A stretch of DNA of 64,000 nt from Armatimonadota bacterium (GTDB lineage Bacteria; Armatimonadota; UBA5829; DTLH01), in the NCBI GenBank assembly GCA_038207085.1, contig JBBRAE010000011.1:20369-84368 (forward strand). Direction: 5' to 3'. This document shows positions 38,932 through 48,899 of the stretch, one piece after another. Numbering within the stretch: the first letter of the stretch is position 1; every line of letters begins with the position of its first letter. The notes beneath the pieces are model-generated. The model was not told the origin of the DNA, ran no database searches, and worked only from the letters and a program-made list of their open reading frames with translations. A program made the position numbers and the translations under genes.

Positions 38932-41586
38932 ATGACAAGCAAAGAACTTAGAACAGCATATTTGAAGTTTTTTGAGAGCAAGGGGCACTTGATCCATGCG
39001 AGCGATTCGCTGGTGCCGAGTGACGACCCGAGCCTCCTCTACACGTCCGCGGGGATGGTGCAGTTCAAGCCGTACTTTACCGGTCAGCGTGTGCCGCTCT
39101 GTACCCGGATTGTGACCTCGCAGAAGTGCATGCGAACGGACGATATCGAAGAGGTCGGCGATGCTGTGCATCATACGTTCTTCGAGATGCTCGGCAACTT
39201 CAGCTTTGGTGACTACTTCAAGCGCGAGGCTATCACCTGGGCTTGGGAGTTCTTGACCGAGGTCATTAAGATCAACCCCGATTCCCTCTGGACGAGCATC
39301 TATCTCGATGACGATGAAGCCTACAACATCTGGGTGAATGAAGTGAAGTTCCCGGCGCAGCGCATCGTGCGGTTGGGCGAGGACAAGAACTACTGGCCCG
39401 CCAACGCCCCGAGTAAAGGCCCGAATGGCGTCTGTGGGCCCTGCAACGAGATTTTTCTTGATGTAAGTCCCGAGCTTGGCATGCCTGAGGATCCGGCCTG
39501 GTCGATCGCGCACGATTCCAACCGATTCGTTGAGATTTGGAACCTTGTCTTTACCCAGTTCGACCGCCAGGAAGATGGGACTCTGAAGCCGCTTCCGAAC
39601 AAGAACATCGACACGGGTATGGGCCTCGAGCGCACTGTAGCCGTGCTTGCTGGCGCACAGACCAACTACGAGACCGATCTGTTCCTGCCGATTATTCATC
39701 ACATCGAAGAGATTTCAGGCGCAAAGTATGGATCGAGCGACGAGGTCAATCGCGCCATAAGAATTATCGCGGACCATATCAGGGCGACCGTTTTCACCAT
39801 AGCTGACGGCGTAATGCCCTCGAACGTCGGTCGAGGCTATGTGCTTCGAAGGCTGATCCGAAACGCCGTCGTCACTGGCCGGAAACTCGGGATCGAAAAG
39901 CCGTTTATGGCCGCAATCGTGCCGACGGTCGTTAAGATTATGGGCGACGTCTACCACGAGATCGCCGACCGCGAGAGCTATATCGAAAAGTTGATGCAGA
40001 GCGAGGAGGAGAAGTTCCGTTCCACCCTCCAGAGCGGGCTGCAGAGGCTTGAGGACCAGATCGCGGTTGCCGCATCGAGCGAAGAACAGACCCTCGACGG
40101 CGAGACGGTATTCACGCTTTACGACACCTATGGGTTCCCGGTAGAGCTTACCAAGTCGATCGCCGCCGAGATGGGCATTTCGGTCGACATGGAAGGCTTC
40201 CGGAAGGCGATGGAAGAACAGCGTCGCCGCGCCAAAGATGCAAGCGACTTCGGAAGCGTTATGTCCGCCGGTGGTGACACACTTCTGCTTGAGCTAGAGA
40301 AGACGATCGCTCCCTCCAAGTTCACCGGTTACGACGAAACCGTCGGCGCGGGCACAGTGCTTGCGATCGTGAAGGGCGGAGAGTTTGTGGCATCGGCTAA
40401 TGCAGGCGACGAGGTCGAGATCGTGCTGGATCAGACGCCGTTTTACGCTGAGTCCGGCGGTCAGGTCGGCGACACGGGCGAGCTTTCAACGAGCGGCGCT
40501 CAGGTTGAGGTTTTCGATACTGCCAAAGTGGCGCATTTCTTCTTCCACCGCGCAAAGGTTGCGTCGGGAATGATTTCAGTGGGCGACCAGGTAGAGGCAA
40601 GAGTGGACGTCGAGCGGCGGATGGATATCGCGCGCAACCACACAGCGACTCACCTGCTTCACGCTGCGCTTCACAAGATGCTCGGCGAGCACGCTCTGCA
40701 GAAGGGTTCGGTTGTCGAGCCCGGCAGGCTCAGGTTCGACTTCTCGCACTTCCAGGCTGTGACGCCTGAGGAGATTCGGGCGATCGAAGATGAGGTGAAC
40801 GCGATGGTCCTCCAGGGGATGCAGGCCCAGACCACTGTGACGAGTGTTGACGAGGCCCGCAAGCTGGGCGCGATGGCGCTCTTTGGTGAGAAATACGGCG
40901 CTGAAGTTAGAGTCGTTCGGATGGGAGACACCTCGGTCGAGCTCTGCGGTGGCACACACCTCTGCAACACTTGTGAGGTCGGGTTCTTCAAGATCGTGAG
41001 TGAGTCCAGCGTGGGCGCTGGTCTTAGAAGGTTTGAAGGCGTGACTGGCCGCGGAGCTGTTGCATACGTTCACGGAGTAGAAGACACGCTTCGCGAGGTC
41101 GCTTCGATGCTTGGAGTAACCACATCGGACGCTCCCGGCGCGCTTGAACGCGTGCAGTCCGCACTGAAAGACGCGCAGAAGCAGATTGATAAGCTTCAGT
41201 CGAAATCGGCTGCCGAGCAGGCTGGTGAGCTTGCTGAGAAGGCCGAAGTCGTCGGCGGAGTGAACGTTGTCACGAGCAAAGTCGCTACGGCGAACGCGCA
41301 GGTGCTCTCCGGGCTTGCCGACAGCATCGCCGACAAATTGAAGAGTGGCATTGTAGTGCTGGGTGGCGTCGAGGGCGGCAAGGTGCTCTTCATCGGCAAA
41401 GTCACGCAGGACCTCATCGCACGAGGGTTCCACGCTGGGAATATGCTCCGCGAGGTCGCAAAGGTCGCCGGTGGTGGCGGCGGTGGTAAACCCGAGTTTG
41501 CTCAGGCCGGTGGCAAGGATGCTTCCAAGGTCGAGGATGCGCTGGCTGTCGCTATTGATCTGGTGAAGAAGCAGGCTGACGCTTAG
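38932..41586 (+). CDS. alaS: Alanyl-tRNA synthetase
   Basis: AGMVQFK, HHTFFEMLGNFSFGDYFK, DTGMGLER, HTATHLLH, ELCGGTH and GGGGGK motifs. Confidence 0.99.
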   Translation: MTSKELRTAYLKFFESKGHLIHASDSLVPSDDPSLLYTSAGMVQFKPYFTGQRVPLCTRIVTSQKCMRTDDIEEVGDAVHHTFFEMLGNFSFGDYFKREAITWAWEFLTEVIKINPDSLWTSIYLDDDEAYNIWVNEVKFPAQRIVRLGEDKNYWPANAPSKGPNGVCGPCNEIFLDVSPELGMPEDPAWSIAHDSNRFVEIWNLVFTQFDRQEDGTLKPLPNKNIDTGMGLERTVAVLAGAQTNYETDLFLPIIHHIEEISGAKYGSSDEVNRAIRIIADHIRATVFTIADGVMPSNVGRGYVLRRLIRNAVVTGRKLGIEKPFMAAIVPTVVKIMGDVYHEIADRESYIEKLMQSEEEKFRSTLQSGLQRLEDQIAVAASSEEQTLDGETVFTLYDTYGFPVELTKSIAAEMGISVDMEGFRKAMEEQRRRAKDASDFGSVMSAGGDTLLLELEKTIAPSKFTGYDETVGAGTVLAIVKGGEFVASANAGDEVEIVLDQTPFYAESGGQVGDTGELSTSGAQVEVFDTAKVAHFFFHRAKVASGMISVGDQVEARVDVERRMDIARNHTATHLLHAALHKMLGEHALQKGSVVEPGRLRFDFSHFQAVTPEEIRAIEDEVNAMVLQGMQAQTTVTSVDEARKLGAMALFGEKYGAEVRVVRMGDTSVELCGGTHLCNTCEVGFFKIVSESSVGAGLRRFEGVTGRGAVAYVHGVEDTLREVASMLGVTTSDAPGALERVQSALKDAQKQIDKLQSKSAAEQAGELAEKAEVVGGVNVVTSKVATANAQVLSGLADSIADKLKSGIVVLGGVEGGKVLFIGKVTQDLIARGFHAGNMLREVAKVAGGGGGGKPEFAQAGGKDASKVEDALAVAIDLVKKQADA

Positions 41587-41605
41587 TTCACTTATGTTGT
41601 TCCTA

Positions 41606-41640
41606 CGGGGCCGGTTTCGACTGGCCCCTGTTCTATATTT
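41606..41640 (+). terminator. Probable terminator after alaS
   Basis: GGGGCCGG-TTTCGA-CTGGCCCC stem followed by T-rich sequence. Confidence 0.6.
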
Positions 41641-41670
41641 GAGGCGTCTGGTGGCGCTCCGCAGTCCATT

Positions 41671-43914
41671 ATGATTCATCGCAATAATTCACTTATTTAC
41701 CTCTTGGTCGCGGTGCTTGCGCTCTTATGCACGGCGGCGTGTTTTGGCGCTCCCGGTCGTGAGTCTTCCCCCAAGGTCGTGTTGATTTTGGCCGATTATT
41801 TGTCGATTGGCGATATTACGACCAATGCGCCCCTAGCACTTGCTAATTTCACCCGAGAGAGTGGGGTGGCTCTTCTTATACCGAGCGCCACTAGCGCTCA
41901 TAACCCTGAAGCAAGCTACGCGTCGGCGAGCGCCGGAGCTAACTGCTGGGGAAGCGAGGAGGTTGATGGGGCCTACAACGCCCGCGAGATCATCCCAAAT
42001 GAAAACGCGGACGCGGGCACCGTCTTTTCCCGTCGCACGGGGATTATGCATCAGGCTCCGATAGTCCTGCCCGAGCTCTTCCAGCTTCGCCAGATGAATA
42101 AGGCAAAGGGAGCGGTCTCCCTGCCCGGAGCGCTTGGGGATGAACTTGTGCGAGCCGGGAAGCGAGTCGCTGTGTTTGGCAACTCGGATCCGGGCGATGT
42201 TCCGAGGCGCAGGGCTGCCGTAATCGGCGCGACGAGCGAAGGGCTGATCGGGATGGGTGACATTGGCGGTGATCTTCTAAAGCGCGAGCTGTTAAGCGCT
42301 ACAGGCTATGTGACTAATGTTGACTTACTAGCCCGAAAAGTCGATGACGCGCTCGCCGTCGCCGACTTTGTGATCGTCGACTTCGGCGACACCGACAGGG
42401 TGAACCTGCTGCGTGAACATTTGTCGGATGAGGCCTACCGGGCGCATCAGGCAAGTGCGATCAAGAACCTTGACGCTCTTCTTTCGCGTATTCTAAGTGG
42501 CAGAGCTTCAAAAGCGACGGTAATGCTGGCTTCGATGGTCGCGCCCGTCGACTCCAACGGTGAACGCCGGGAGCTTGGCCCGGTTGTGGTGCGGCGTCCC
42601 GGTGTTGGACCGGGTTTGTTGGTCTCAGCTACGACGCGCACTCCTGGCCTTGTCTCTGCCGCCGACTTTGCCCCGACTGTGCTTCGTTCGCTTGGGGTAG
42701 CCATCCCAAGGAGTATGATTGGCGGTTCGATCGACTCTGTGCCCGGAAACGCGGCGCAGGTGACTCGGCTGTCTAGGCTCGTTGTGCTGGACCGGACGAT
42801 AATCGTATGGGTGCTTGCCGTGATCGGCGGCCTTGGTATCGTAGTGATTACGCTTGGAGCTGCGGCGCTTGCGTTTGGTCGTGCGAGGCAGAACTCGGTG
42901 GCTCTCAGGGCGCTTTTGGTGCTGGTGTCGTCCTCGCCGCTTGCTGTGCTTTTTGCGACCCTTGGTGAGCCCGCAGTCGTGCCATTCGTGACAAGGCTTG
43001 TCGCGTGGGCTGTTGCTCTAACGGTGGGTTCGTTTGTCGTCGCTGGATTGATCGTCAAACTAGCCGGTGATCGGCTCCGGCTGCTTCCGGGCGGGCTCCC
43101 TGTGCTTGTGTTGATGGTTACTACCTGTGCTGCGATATTCGTCGACGCACTGCTAGGCGGAGAATTTAGTAGGTTTACCGTGCTAAGTGCCGGTAGGTTT
43201 GACGGTTACAGGTTTTACGGGATCGGGAACGAGTACATGGGCGTTTGGCTCGGGATGGCGCTTGTGTCGATGGTTTGGATCGGCGAGTGCTTCCCTGAGT
43301 GGTCGCACAGTTGGCGGGGCAGGGCGGTTGTCTTGCTTATCTCACTTGCAACTGTCGCCGCGCTCGGCTTTCCGAGGTTCGGCGCAAACGCTGGAGGCGC
43401 AGTTGCGGCTGTTGTCGGATTGGGGCTGGTCTACAAAGCTGGCGTCGCGAGAAGATTTCGGGCGCGTGACGTGTTCATATTGCTCGCAGCCGGTTTTGGG
43501 CTTGTGGCGTTGATCGGAATCGCCGATGTGATGCTCTCACACGGCGCGCCGTCTCACATTGGGCGCGCCGCCGCGATCAGCGGAACCGTGTGGCACAGCT
43601 ATCTCGGCACGATGGCGATACGAAAAGTCTCGATGAACCTCGCGCTGATCGCAACACAGCAGGGGAAGCTTGCACTGCTTGGCTCAGTGCCGTTCTTTGC
43701 GATGTGGTTCTGGGTCATTCGACGAAGGTTCGATGCTCTGGCAGAAGGTCGGCCTGCGTTCAGGTGTGGCCTCGCCGGGGTGCTTGTAGCATCATTGGTG
43801 GCGTTCATCTTCAACGATTCGGGGATAGTAGCCTGGGGGCTGATCGTCGGGTATCTGTCGATGGCCGTTGTATATTCATTGATAGAATCTGAGAGGTCTA
43901 AATGCACCGAATAA
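41671..43914 (+). CDS. Hypothetical membrane protein: N-terminal exported alkaline-phosphatase-like domain plus multi-TM C-terminus
   Basis: Signal peptide; VVLILAD and RTPGLVSAADFAPTVL; C-terminal RFYGIGNE, GANAGG and NDSG motifs. Confidence 0.55.
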   Translation: MIHRNNSLIYLLVAVLALLCTAACFGAPGRESSPKVVLILADYLSIGDITTNAPLALANFTRESGVALLIPSATSAHNPEASYASASAGANCWGSEEVDGAYNAREIIPNENADAGTVFSRRTGIMHQAPIVLPELFQLRQMNKAKGAVSLPGALGDELVRAGKRVAVFGNSDPGDVPRRRAAVIGATSEGLIGMGDIGGDLLKRELLSATGYVTNVDLLARKVDDALAVADFVIVDFGDTDRVNLLREHLSDEAYRAHQASAIKNLDALLSRILSGRASKATVMLASMVAPVDSNGERRELGPVVVRRPGVGPGLLVSATTRTPGLVSAADFAPTVLRSLGVAIPRSMIGGSIDSVPGNAAQVTRLSRLVVLDRTIIVWVLAVIGGLGIVVITLGAAALAFGRARQNSVALRALLVLVSSSPLAVLFATLGEPAVVPFVTRLVAWAVALTVGSFVVAGLIVKLAGDRLRLLPGGLPVLVLMVTTCAAIFVDALLGGEFSRFTVLSAGRFDGYRFYGIGNEYMGVWLGMALVSMVWIGECFPEWSHSWRGRAVVLLISLATVAALGFPRFGANAGGAVAAVVGLGLVYKAGVARRFRARDVFILLAAGFGLVALIGIADVMLSHGAPSHIGRAAAISGTVWHSYLGTMAIRKVSMNLALIATQQGKLALLGSVPFFAMWFWVIRRRFDALAEGRPAFRCGLAGVLVASLVAFIFNDSGIVAWGLIVGYLSMAVVYSLIESERSKCTE

Positions 43915-44321
43915 TGGCGCTTGATGTTGGGGAAAAGACGATCGGGGTCGCCGTGAGCGACGAACTTGGGATTGTTGCTTCACCCCTTACCACTATTATG
44001 CGAACCGCAAGTATCAAGGCTGATATGCGCACGCTTGAGCAACTTATCGAGTTTGAGGACGTGAAAGAGCTCGTGATCGGCCTCCCCATAATGCTTGGCG
44101 GCGAGGAAGCTGTGCAGGCTGGGAAAGTCCGTGAGTTCGCCGAACGGCTCACTCGCAGGCTTAGAATCCCTGTTGAGATGTGGGATGAAAGCCTTTCCAC
44201 AGTCGAGGCCCATCGCATATTGATTGAGACCGGCGCAACGAGAGAGAGGCGCAAAAGGGTAGTCGATGCAGTCGCCGCTGCGGTCATACTGAGAGGCTAC
44301 ATGAACTCAAAGGAAGAGTAA
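43902..44321 (+). CDS. ruvX: YqgF/RuvX family nuclease
   Basis: MALDVGEKTIGVAVSD, VIGLP, WDESLST and VDAVAA motifs. Confidence 0.93.
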   Translation: MHRIMALDVGEKTIGVAVSDELGIVASPLTTIMRTASIKADMRTLEQLIEFEDVKELVIGLPIMLGGEEAVQAGKVREFAERLTRRLRIPVEMWDESLSTVEAHRILIETGATRERRKRVVDAVAAAVILRGYMNSKEE

Positions 44322-44323
44322 TC

Positions 44324-45367
44324 GTGAAGAGATTTGTCTCGTACCTCAGAGAGGGACGAAACTACATACTTGTTATGGTCCTGCTGCTCGTTGCAACATG
44401 GTTTCTGATGCACCACGTTGTGTCGCGGGTCGGTGGCTCGGATGAACCTGTCATGGTGGTCATTGCAAAGGGCGCGAACGCGGGCAAAGTGGGTGTAAGG
44501 CTGCACGAACGTGGGCTGACGCGCTATACGTGGGTGTTCCCTCTTATGGCAAGCGTCACCGGTGAGTCTGCCAACATCAAGGCCGGAGCCTATTTGCTGA
44601 ACCGTGATATGACGGTTCGGCAGATGCTTGAGAAGTTCGTCAAAGGCGAGGTGGCGGCGGTTTGGGTGACTATCCCCGAAGGCTTTACCGTGCGCCAGAT
44701 AGCCGACAGGCTATCCGACAGGCATCTGGTAAACAAACAAGAGTTCCTCACCGTAGCTTCGTCTGATGTTAAAGAATTCAGTGATATATTAAACATACCT
44801 GAACAGGGCTTGGAAGGGTATCTATTCCCTTCTACGTATCTTGTGCCGGTGCAGTCTAGCTCAAGGGCAGTCGTTGAGATGATGCTCAAGCAGTTTAGGT
44901 CTGAGGTCGTTGACCCGATGTCTTCGGATATCGAACGGGTATCTTCAGACAGCAGCGCTGAGTCTAAATCCGCGGCGCTTCGGCGTGTGATCATTGTCGC
45001 CTCGCTTATTGAGCGGGAGGCAAGGGTTCCAAAGGACCGTGAGCTGGTCTCAGCGGTCATCTGGAACCGCCTGCGGATCGGGATGAAGCTCGATATAGAC
45101 GCAACCGTGCAGTATGCGCTTGGTGAACACCGACAGCGACTGTTCTACAGGGACCTTGAGGTCACGTCGCCCTACAACACGTACAGGAATCCGGGGCTTC
45201 CGCCGGGGCCGATTGCAAACCCGGGCCTCGACTCGATCAAGGCGGCGCTTCACCCCGCGAAGGTCGATTATCTATATTATGTGGCACGTCCGGACGGGTC
45301 TCACCAGTTTTCAAGAACACTAGAGGAACACAACGCTGCCGTGCGCAGAATTAGGGACGGAAGGTAA
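44324..45367 (+). CDS. mltG: Endolytic transglycosylase MltG
   Basis: VTIPEGF, LEGYLFP, ASLIERE and SPYNTYRNPGLPPGPIANPG motifs. Confidence 0.95.
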   Translation: MKRFVSYLREGRNYILVMVLLLVATWFLMHHVVSRVGGSDEPVMVVIAKGANAGKVGVRLHERGLTRYTWVFPLMASVTGESANIKAGAYLLNRDMTVRQMLEKFVKGEVAAVWVTIPEGFTVRQIADRLSDRHLVNKQEFLTVASSDVKEFSDILNIPEQGLEGYLFPSTYLVPVQSSSRAVVEMMLKQFRSEVVDPMSSDIERVSSDSSAESKSAALRRVIIVASLIEREARVPKDRELVSAVIWNRLRIGMKLDIDATVQYALGEHRQRLFYRDLEVTSPYNTYRNPGLPPGPIANPGLDSIKAALHPAKVDYLYYVARPDGSHQFSRTLEEHNAAVRRIRDGR

Positions 45368-45377
45368 GAGGGGAAAA

Positions 45378-45899
45378 TTGTTGGAGATATTTACGCCAAA
45401 GCAGTACGCACACTCGCTTGCCGAGATCGATCTCGACGGCCTGGCTAAACTCGGCATAAAGTACATTTTGCTTGACTTAGACAACACCATTCTGCCGTGG
45501 CGGGACTACGAGATCCCGCAGGAATCGTGCGAATGGATCAAAGCTGCACTCGGGCGCGGAATGAAGATTTGTATCGCCTCAAACACCCGAAACCCTGCGA
45601 GGCTCTGCCACGTGTCGAAGGAGCTCGACATCCCCTGCCTGGATAAGATCGCAAAACCCCGGCGCACCGGACTTCGCGCGGCTATGCGGGTAATCGGGGG
45701 GAAGCTTGAGGAGACAGCGATCATCGGCGATCAGATATTCACTGATGTCGTTGGAGGAAACAGGCTCGGTATCCACACTGTGCTTGTTCACCCCATGCAC
45801 CCCAGGGAGTTTGCAGGAACCAAGATCAGCAGGCTGTTTGAAAAACCTATCATTGCAATGCTCGCAAAACGTGGGTTGATTGGAACAAAGGGACGTTAG
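45378..45899 (+). CDS. yqeG: YqeG family HAD IIIA phosphatase
   Basis: LDLDNT, SN, AKP and IGDQIFTDVVGGNRLG motifs. Confidence 0.9.
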   Translation: MLEIFTPKQYAHSLAEIDLDGLAKLGIKYILLDLDNTILPWRDYEIPQESCEWIKAALGRGMKICIASNTRNPARLCHVSKELDIPCLDKIAKPRRTGLRAAMRVIGGKLEETAIIGDQIFTDVVGGNRLGIHTVLVHPMHPREFAGTKISRLFEKPIIAMLAKRGLIGTKGR

Positions 45900-45939
45900 C
45901 AGGCGTCTGAAGTACATAAGAGAGAAAACGGACACACGC

Positions 45940-46791
45940 ATGAGGATTTCTGGAAAAGCGAAAGTCTTGGGAGTGTTTGGTCATCCGATCGGACACAGCC
46001 TCTCACCGGCCATGCACAGCGCGGCGATTGAGGCTCTCGGGCTTGATTATGTTTATGTTCCGTTCGATGTGGACCCGGCAGACCTTGGTCGGGCGATCGA
46101 TGGAGTAAGGGCCCTTGGAATTGCAGGGGTCAACGTGACGATACCCCACAAAGAGGCCGTCATGGAGTTCCTTGACGAAGTCGAAAAGGAAGCGCTGGAG
46201 ATAGGGTCGGTCAACACCGTCGCTAACGTCGACGGAAGACTGATCGGTTCGAGCACGGACGGGCCCGCGTTTATTAGGTCGCTTGTCGAGACCGGGTACG
46301 ATCCCAATGGGGCAAACGCGGTAATCATCGGCGGAGGCGGCGCGGGAAGGGCCATCGCTTTTTCGCTTGCGAAGGCCGGAGCAAAGGTGCTTATCTACGA
46401 TCAGGAGCCGGGCAAGGCAGAAAAGCTCGCCTCGGACGTCCGAAGAGTCGCAGGTGAAGACTCTGCCGGGGGTGAATCTGAGTTTGACGCCGCAAGAGAG
46501 TATCTCAAAAGCTCGAACCTGCTCGTGAACTGCACTCCGGTTGGAATGAGCCCTAACGTCGATAGAATCCCGGTTCCTGTGGAGCTTCTTCGGGCGGATA
46601 TGACCGTTTATGATGTGGTCTACAACCCGATGAGGACAAAGCTCCTTCAAGCTGCCGAAAAAGCCGGTGCGCGGACCGTGAGCGGCATAAAAATGTTCGT
46701 TTATCAGGGAGCAATCTCTTTTGCTACCTGGACTGGAATAGACCCTCCAGCCGATAATATGGAAGCTGCTGTGCTGGAGAGCTTCGTGTAA
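45940..46791 (+). CDS. aroE: Shikimate dehydrogenase
   Basis: HSLSPAMH, NVTIPHK, SVNT, TDG, GGGGAGRA, NCTPVGM and DVVYNP motifs; start MRISG. Confidence 0.95.
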   Translation: MRISGKAKVLGVFGHPIGHSLSPAMHSAAIEALGLDYVYVPFDVDPADLGRAIDGVRALGIAGVNVTIPHKEAVMEFLDEVEKEALEIGSVNTVANVDGRLIGSSTDGPAFIRSLVETGYDPNGANAVIIGGGGAGRAIAFSLAKAGAKVLIYDQEPGKAEKLASDVRRVAGEDSAGGESEFDAAREYLKSSNLLVNCTPVGMSPNVDRIPVPVELLRADMTVYDVVYNPMRTKLLQAAEKAGARTVSGIKMFVYQGAISFATWTGIDPPADNMEAAVLESFV

Positions 46792-47013
46792 GCGTGGTAT
46801 TACGGCCACGCTGGGTGGTCAAGCTGGGCTATTCGGTGGTATAATAGCTAGATAGTTCAGTATTATTACTGGTTTGGACAATATTTGAGCGGGGCACGGC
46901 CCCGGCATTCGTAATACACGCCGGTGTTAGACCGGCACTACAAACATGATATGATTCTCCTTGGCCCAATCCAAGGGCCGAGGTGCAAGCGTCGCAGTGA
47001 GGTATTGAATCCA

Positions 47014-48810
47014 ATGGTAATGGCGAGAAAAGATCTGGGTGATGCGCTGGTCGCTAAGAGCGTGATTACGGCGGACATGCTGGCCCAGGCACGTGATGCG
47101 CAGAGGAGCGCCCCGGGGGACATCGGTCGAATTATTGTCGACCTTGGGTTCGCCCAGGACAAAGACGTAATGAAATCCAGGGCTGAGATTCTGGGAATGC
47201 AGTTCGTCGACCTCACGACACAGCGCATTGATAACGCCGCCGCCAACTCTATCCCCGAGCATATTGCGAAACGCCACAAACTGATCGCTATTCATCGCAG
47301 CGGCGGCAAACTCACGGTTGCATTGTGCGACCCGAGCAACCCTGTCGCTGTTCAGGATGTGAGACTCGCATCCGGGGCTCAGCAGATAGCCGCGGTTCTT
47401 GCGACCGAGGATGACATTGATGAGGCGATCCATCGCTGCTACAAGTCGTCGAACAACGGCGGCGGGGCAGACGAAGGCATCGCGCCCGTCGTTCCTGTAA
47501 CAGGCGGTATGAACCCGCTTGGCACGGGGGCCGTCCCCGGTGGTGGGATGTCGTCGATCAGTGAGGCGATCGCTACCTTTGGCGCTCGCGAAGAGATGGT
47601 GGATGACGATGAAAGTCAGCTTCGGCAGGTTGCTGAAGAAGCGCCTATTATCCGAATTGCACACACCATCGTTCAGCAGGCGATCAGAGACAGCGCATCA
47701 GATATTCACGTAGAACCAGACAGAAGAGGCGTAAGGGTCCGCTACCGAATTGACGGCGTCCTCCACGAGATTATGCCGCTGCCGAAGTATATCCAGGCGC
47801 CGCTGATCTCTCGTCTTAAGATTATGGCCGAGATGAACATCGCTGAACGGCGAATTCCGCAGGACGGACGCATCCCGATCCGCTGGGACAACAAAGACTA
47901 TGACCTCCGAGTCAGCTGTCTTCCTACAATACACGGCGAAAAGATCGTTATGCGAGTCCTTGATAAATCAAGCGTTCTCCTCGGATTGAACAAACTCGGG
48001 TTTACCGCTGAAAACCAGGCGCTGATCGAAGAGCTTGTTCATCAGCCAAACGGTATGTTCCTCTGCACCGGACCAACCGGTAGTGGAAAAACTACTACGC
48101 AGTATTCGGTTCTACACAAGATCAACTCCGTCGAAAGAAACATCATCACCATTGAAGACCCGGTCGAGTACCAGCTTTCCGGTATCGCACAGGTCCAGGT
48201 GAACCGAAAAGCCGGTCTTACATTTGCAAACGCGCTAAGATCTTTCCTCCGGCAGGACCCTGATATTATCATGGTTGGTGAAATGCGAGACCTTGAGACC
48301 GCTGAAATCGCGATCGAGGCGTCGCTCACCGGACACCTTGTTCTTTCGACGATCCACACAAACGATGCCCCGTCATCCGTTATCCGAATGGTTGATATGG
48401 GCGTCGAGCCGTATCTTATCTCTGCTACCGTCATCGGAGTTCTTGCTCAGAGGCTTGCAAGAAAGATCTGCGTGAACTGCAAGACTCCTTACAGCGTTCC
48501 TGCGAAAGATCTTCGCAAGTTCGGCCTGAAGACAGAGGATCCGGAGCAGCCTATCACGCTTTACAAGGGCGCTGGCTGTGAGACCTGCCGACACACCGGC
48601 TACAAGGGTCGACTCGGTATTCACGAGCTTCTAAGAATGAACGACGAAATCGCGGAGCTTATCGTCAGGCGCGCACCAATCGCCGACGTCCGCGAGGCGG
48701 CCAAAGCTAACGGTATGTATGAGCTTAGGGAAGACGGACTCTTCAAGGTCCTCGAAGGGATAACCACTCCGGACGAGGTCATGAGGGTCGTCTTCACCGC
48801 AGGACACTAA
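47014..48810 (+). CDS. pilB: Type IV pilus assembly ATPase PilB/GspE
   Basis: MshEN-like N-terminus (KDLGDALV), ASDIHVEP, GPTGSGKTT, RQDPD, tetra-Cys and GYKGR motifs. Confidence 0.93.
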   Translation: MVMARKDLGDALVAKSVITADMLAQARDAQRSAPGDIGRIIVDLGFAQDKDVMKSRAEILGMQFVDLTTQRIDNAAANSIPEHIAKRHKLIAIHRSGGKLTVALCDPSNPVAVQDVRLASGAQQIAAVLATEDDIDEAIHRCYKSSNNGGGADEGIAPVVPVTGGMNPLGTGAVPGGGMSSISEAIATFGAREEMVDDDESQLRQVAEEAPIIRIAHTIVQQAIRDSASDIHVEPDRRGVRVRYRIDGVLHEIMPLPKYIQAPLISRLKIMAEMNIAERRIPQDGRIPIRWDNKDYDLRVSCLPTIHGEKIVMRVLDKSSVLLGLNKLGFTAENQALIEELVHQPNGMFLCTGPTGSGKTTTQYSVLHKINSVERNIITIEDPVEYQLSGIAQVQVNRKAGLTFANALRSFLRQDPDIIMVGEMRDLETAEIAIEASLTGHLVLSTIHTNDAPSSVIRMVDMGVEPYLISATVIGVLAQRLARKICVNCKTPYSVPAKDLRKFGLKTEDPEQPITLYKGAGCETCRHTGYKGRLGIHELLRMNDEIAELIVRRAPIADVREAAKANGMYELREDGLFKVLEGITTPDEVMRVVFTAGH

Positions 48811-48820
48811 ACTTTCCTCT

Positions 48821-48885
48821 GGGGCGGGCGCGACGTCCGCCCCGGATATTTATCTGTCGAGGGCGGGCACGTTGGTCTGCCCTAC
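48821..48885. repeat. Inverted pair of REP-like GC hairpins between pilB and pilT
   Basis: GGGGCGGGCG-CGA-CGTCCGCCCC, plus a minus-strand GTAG-GGCAGACC...CCCGCCCT (GTAG foot). Confidence 0.45.
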
Positions 48886-48899
48886 GGAGGATTATATAG

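Noticed and set aside
46792..47013. c-di-GMP riboswitch upstream of pilB
   Set aside because: Small hairpins and an extended -10 (TGGTATAAT) are present, but I recognise no riboswitch consensus.
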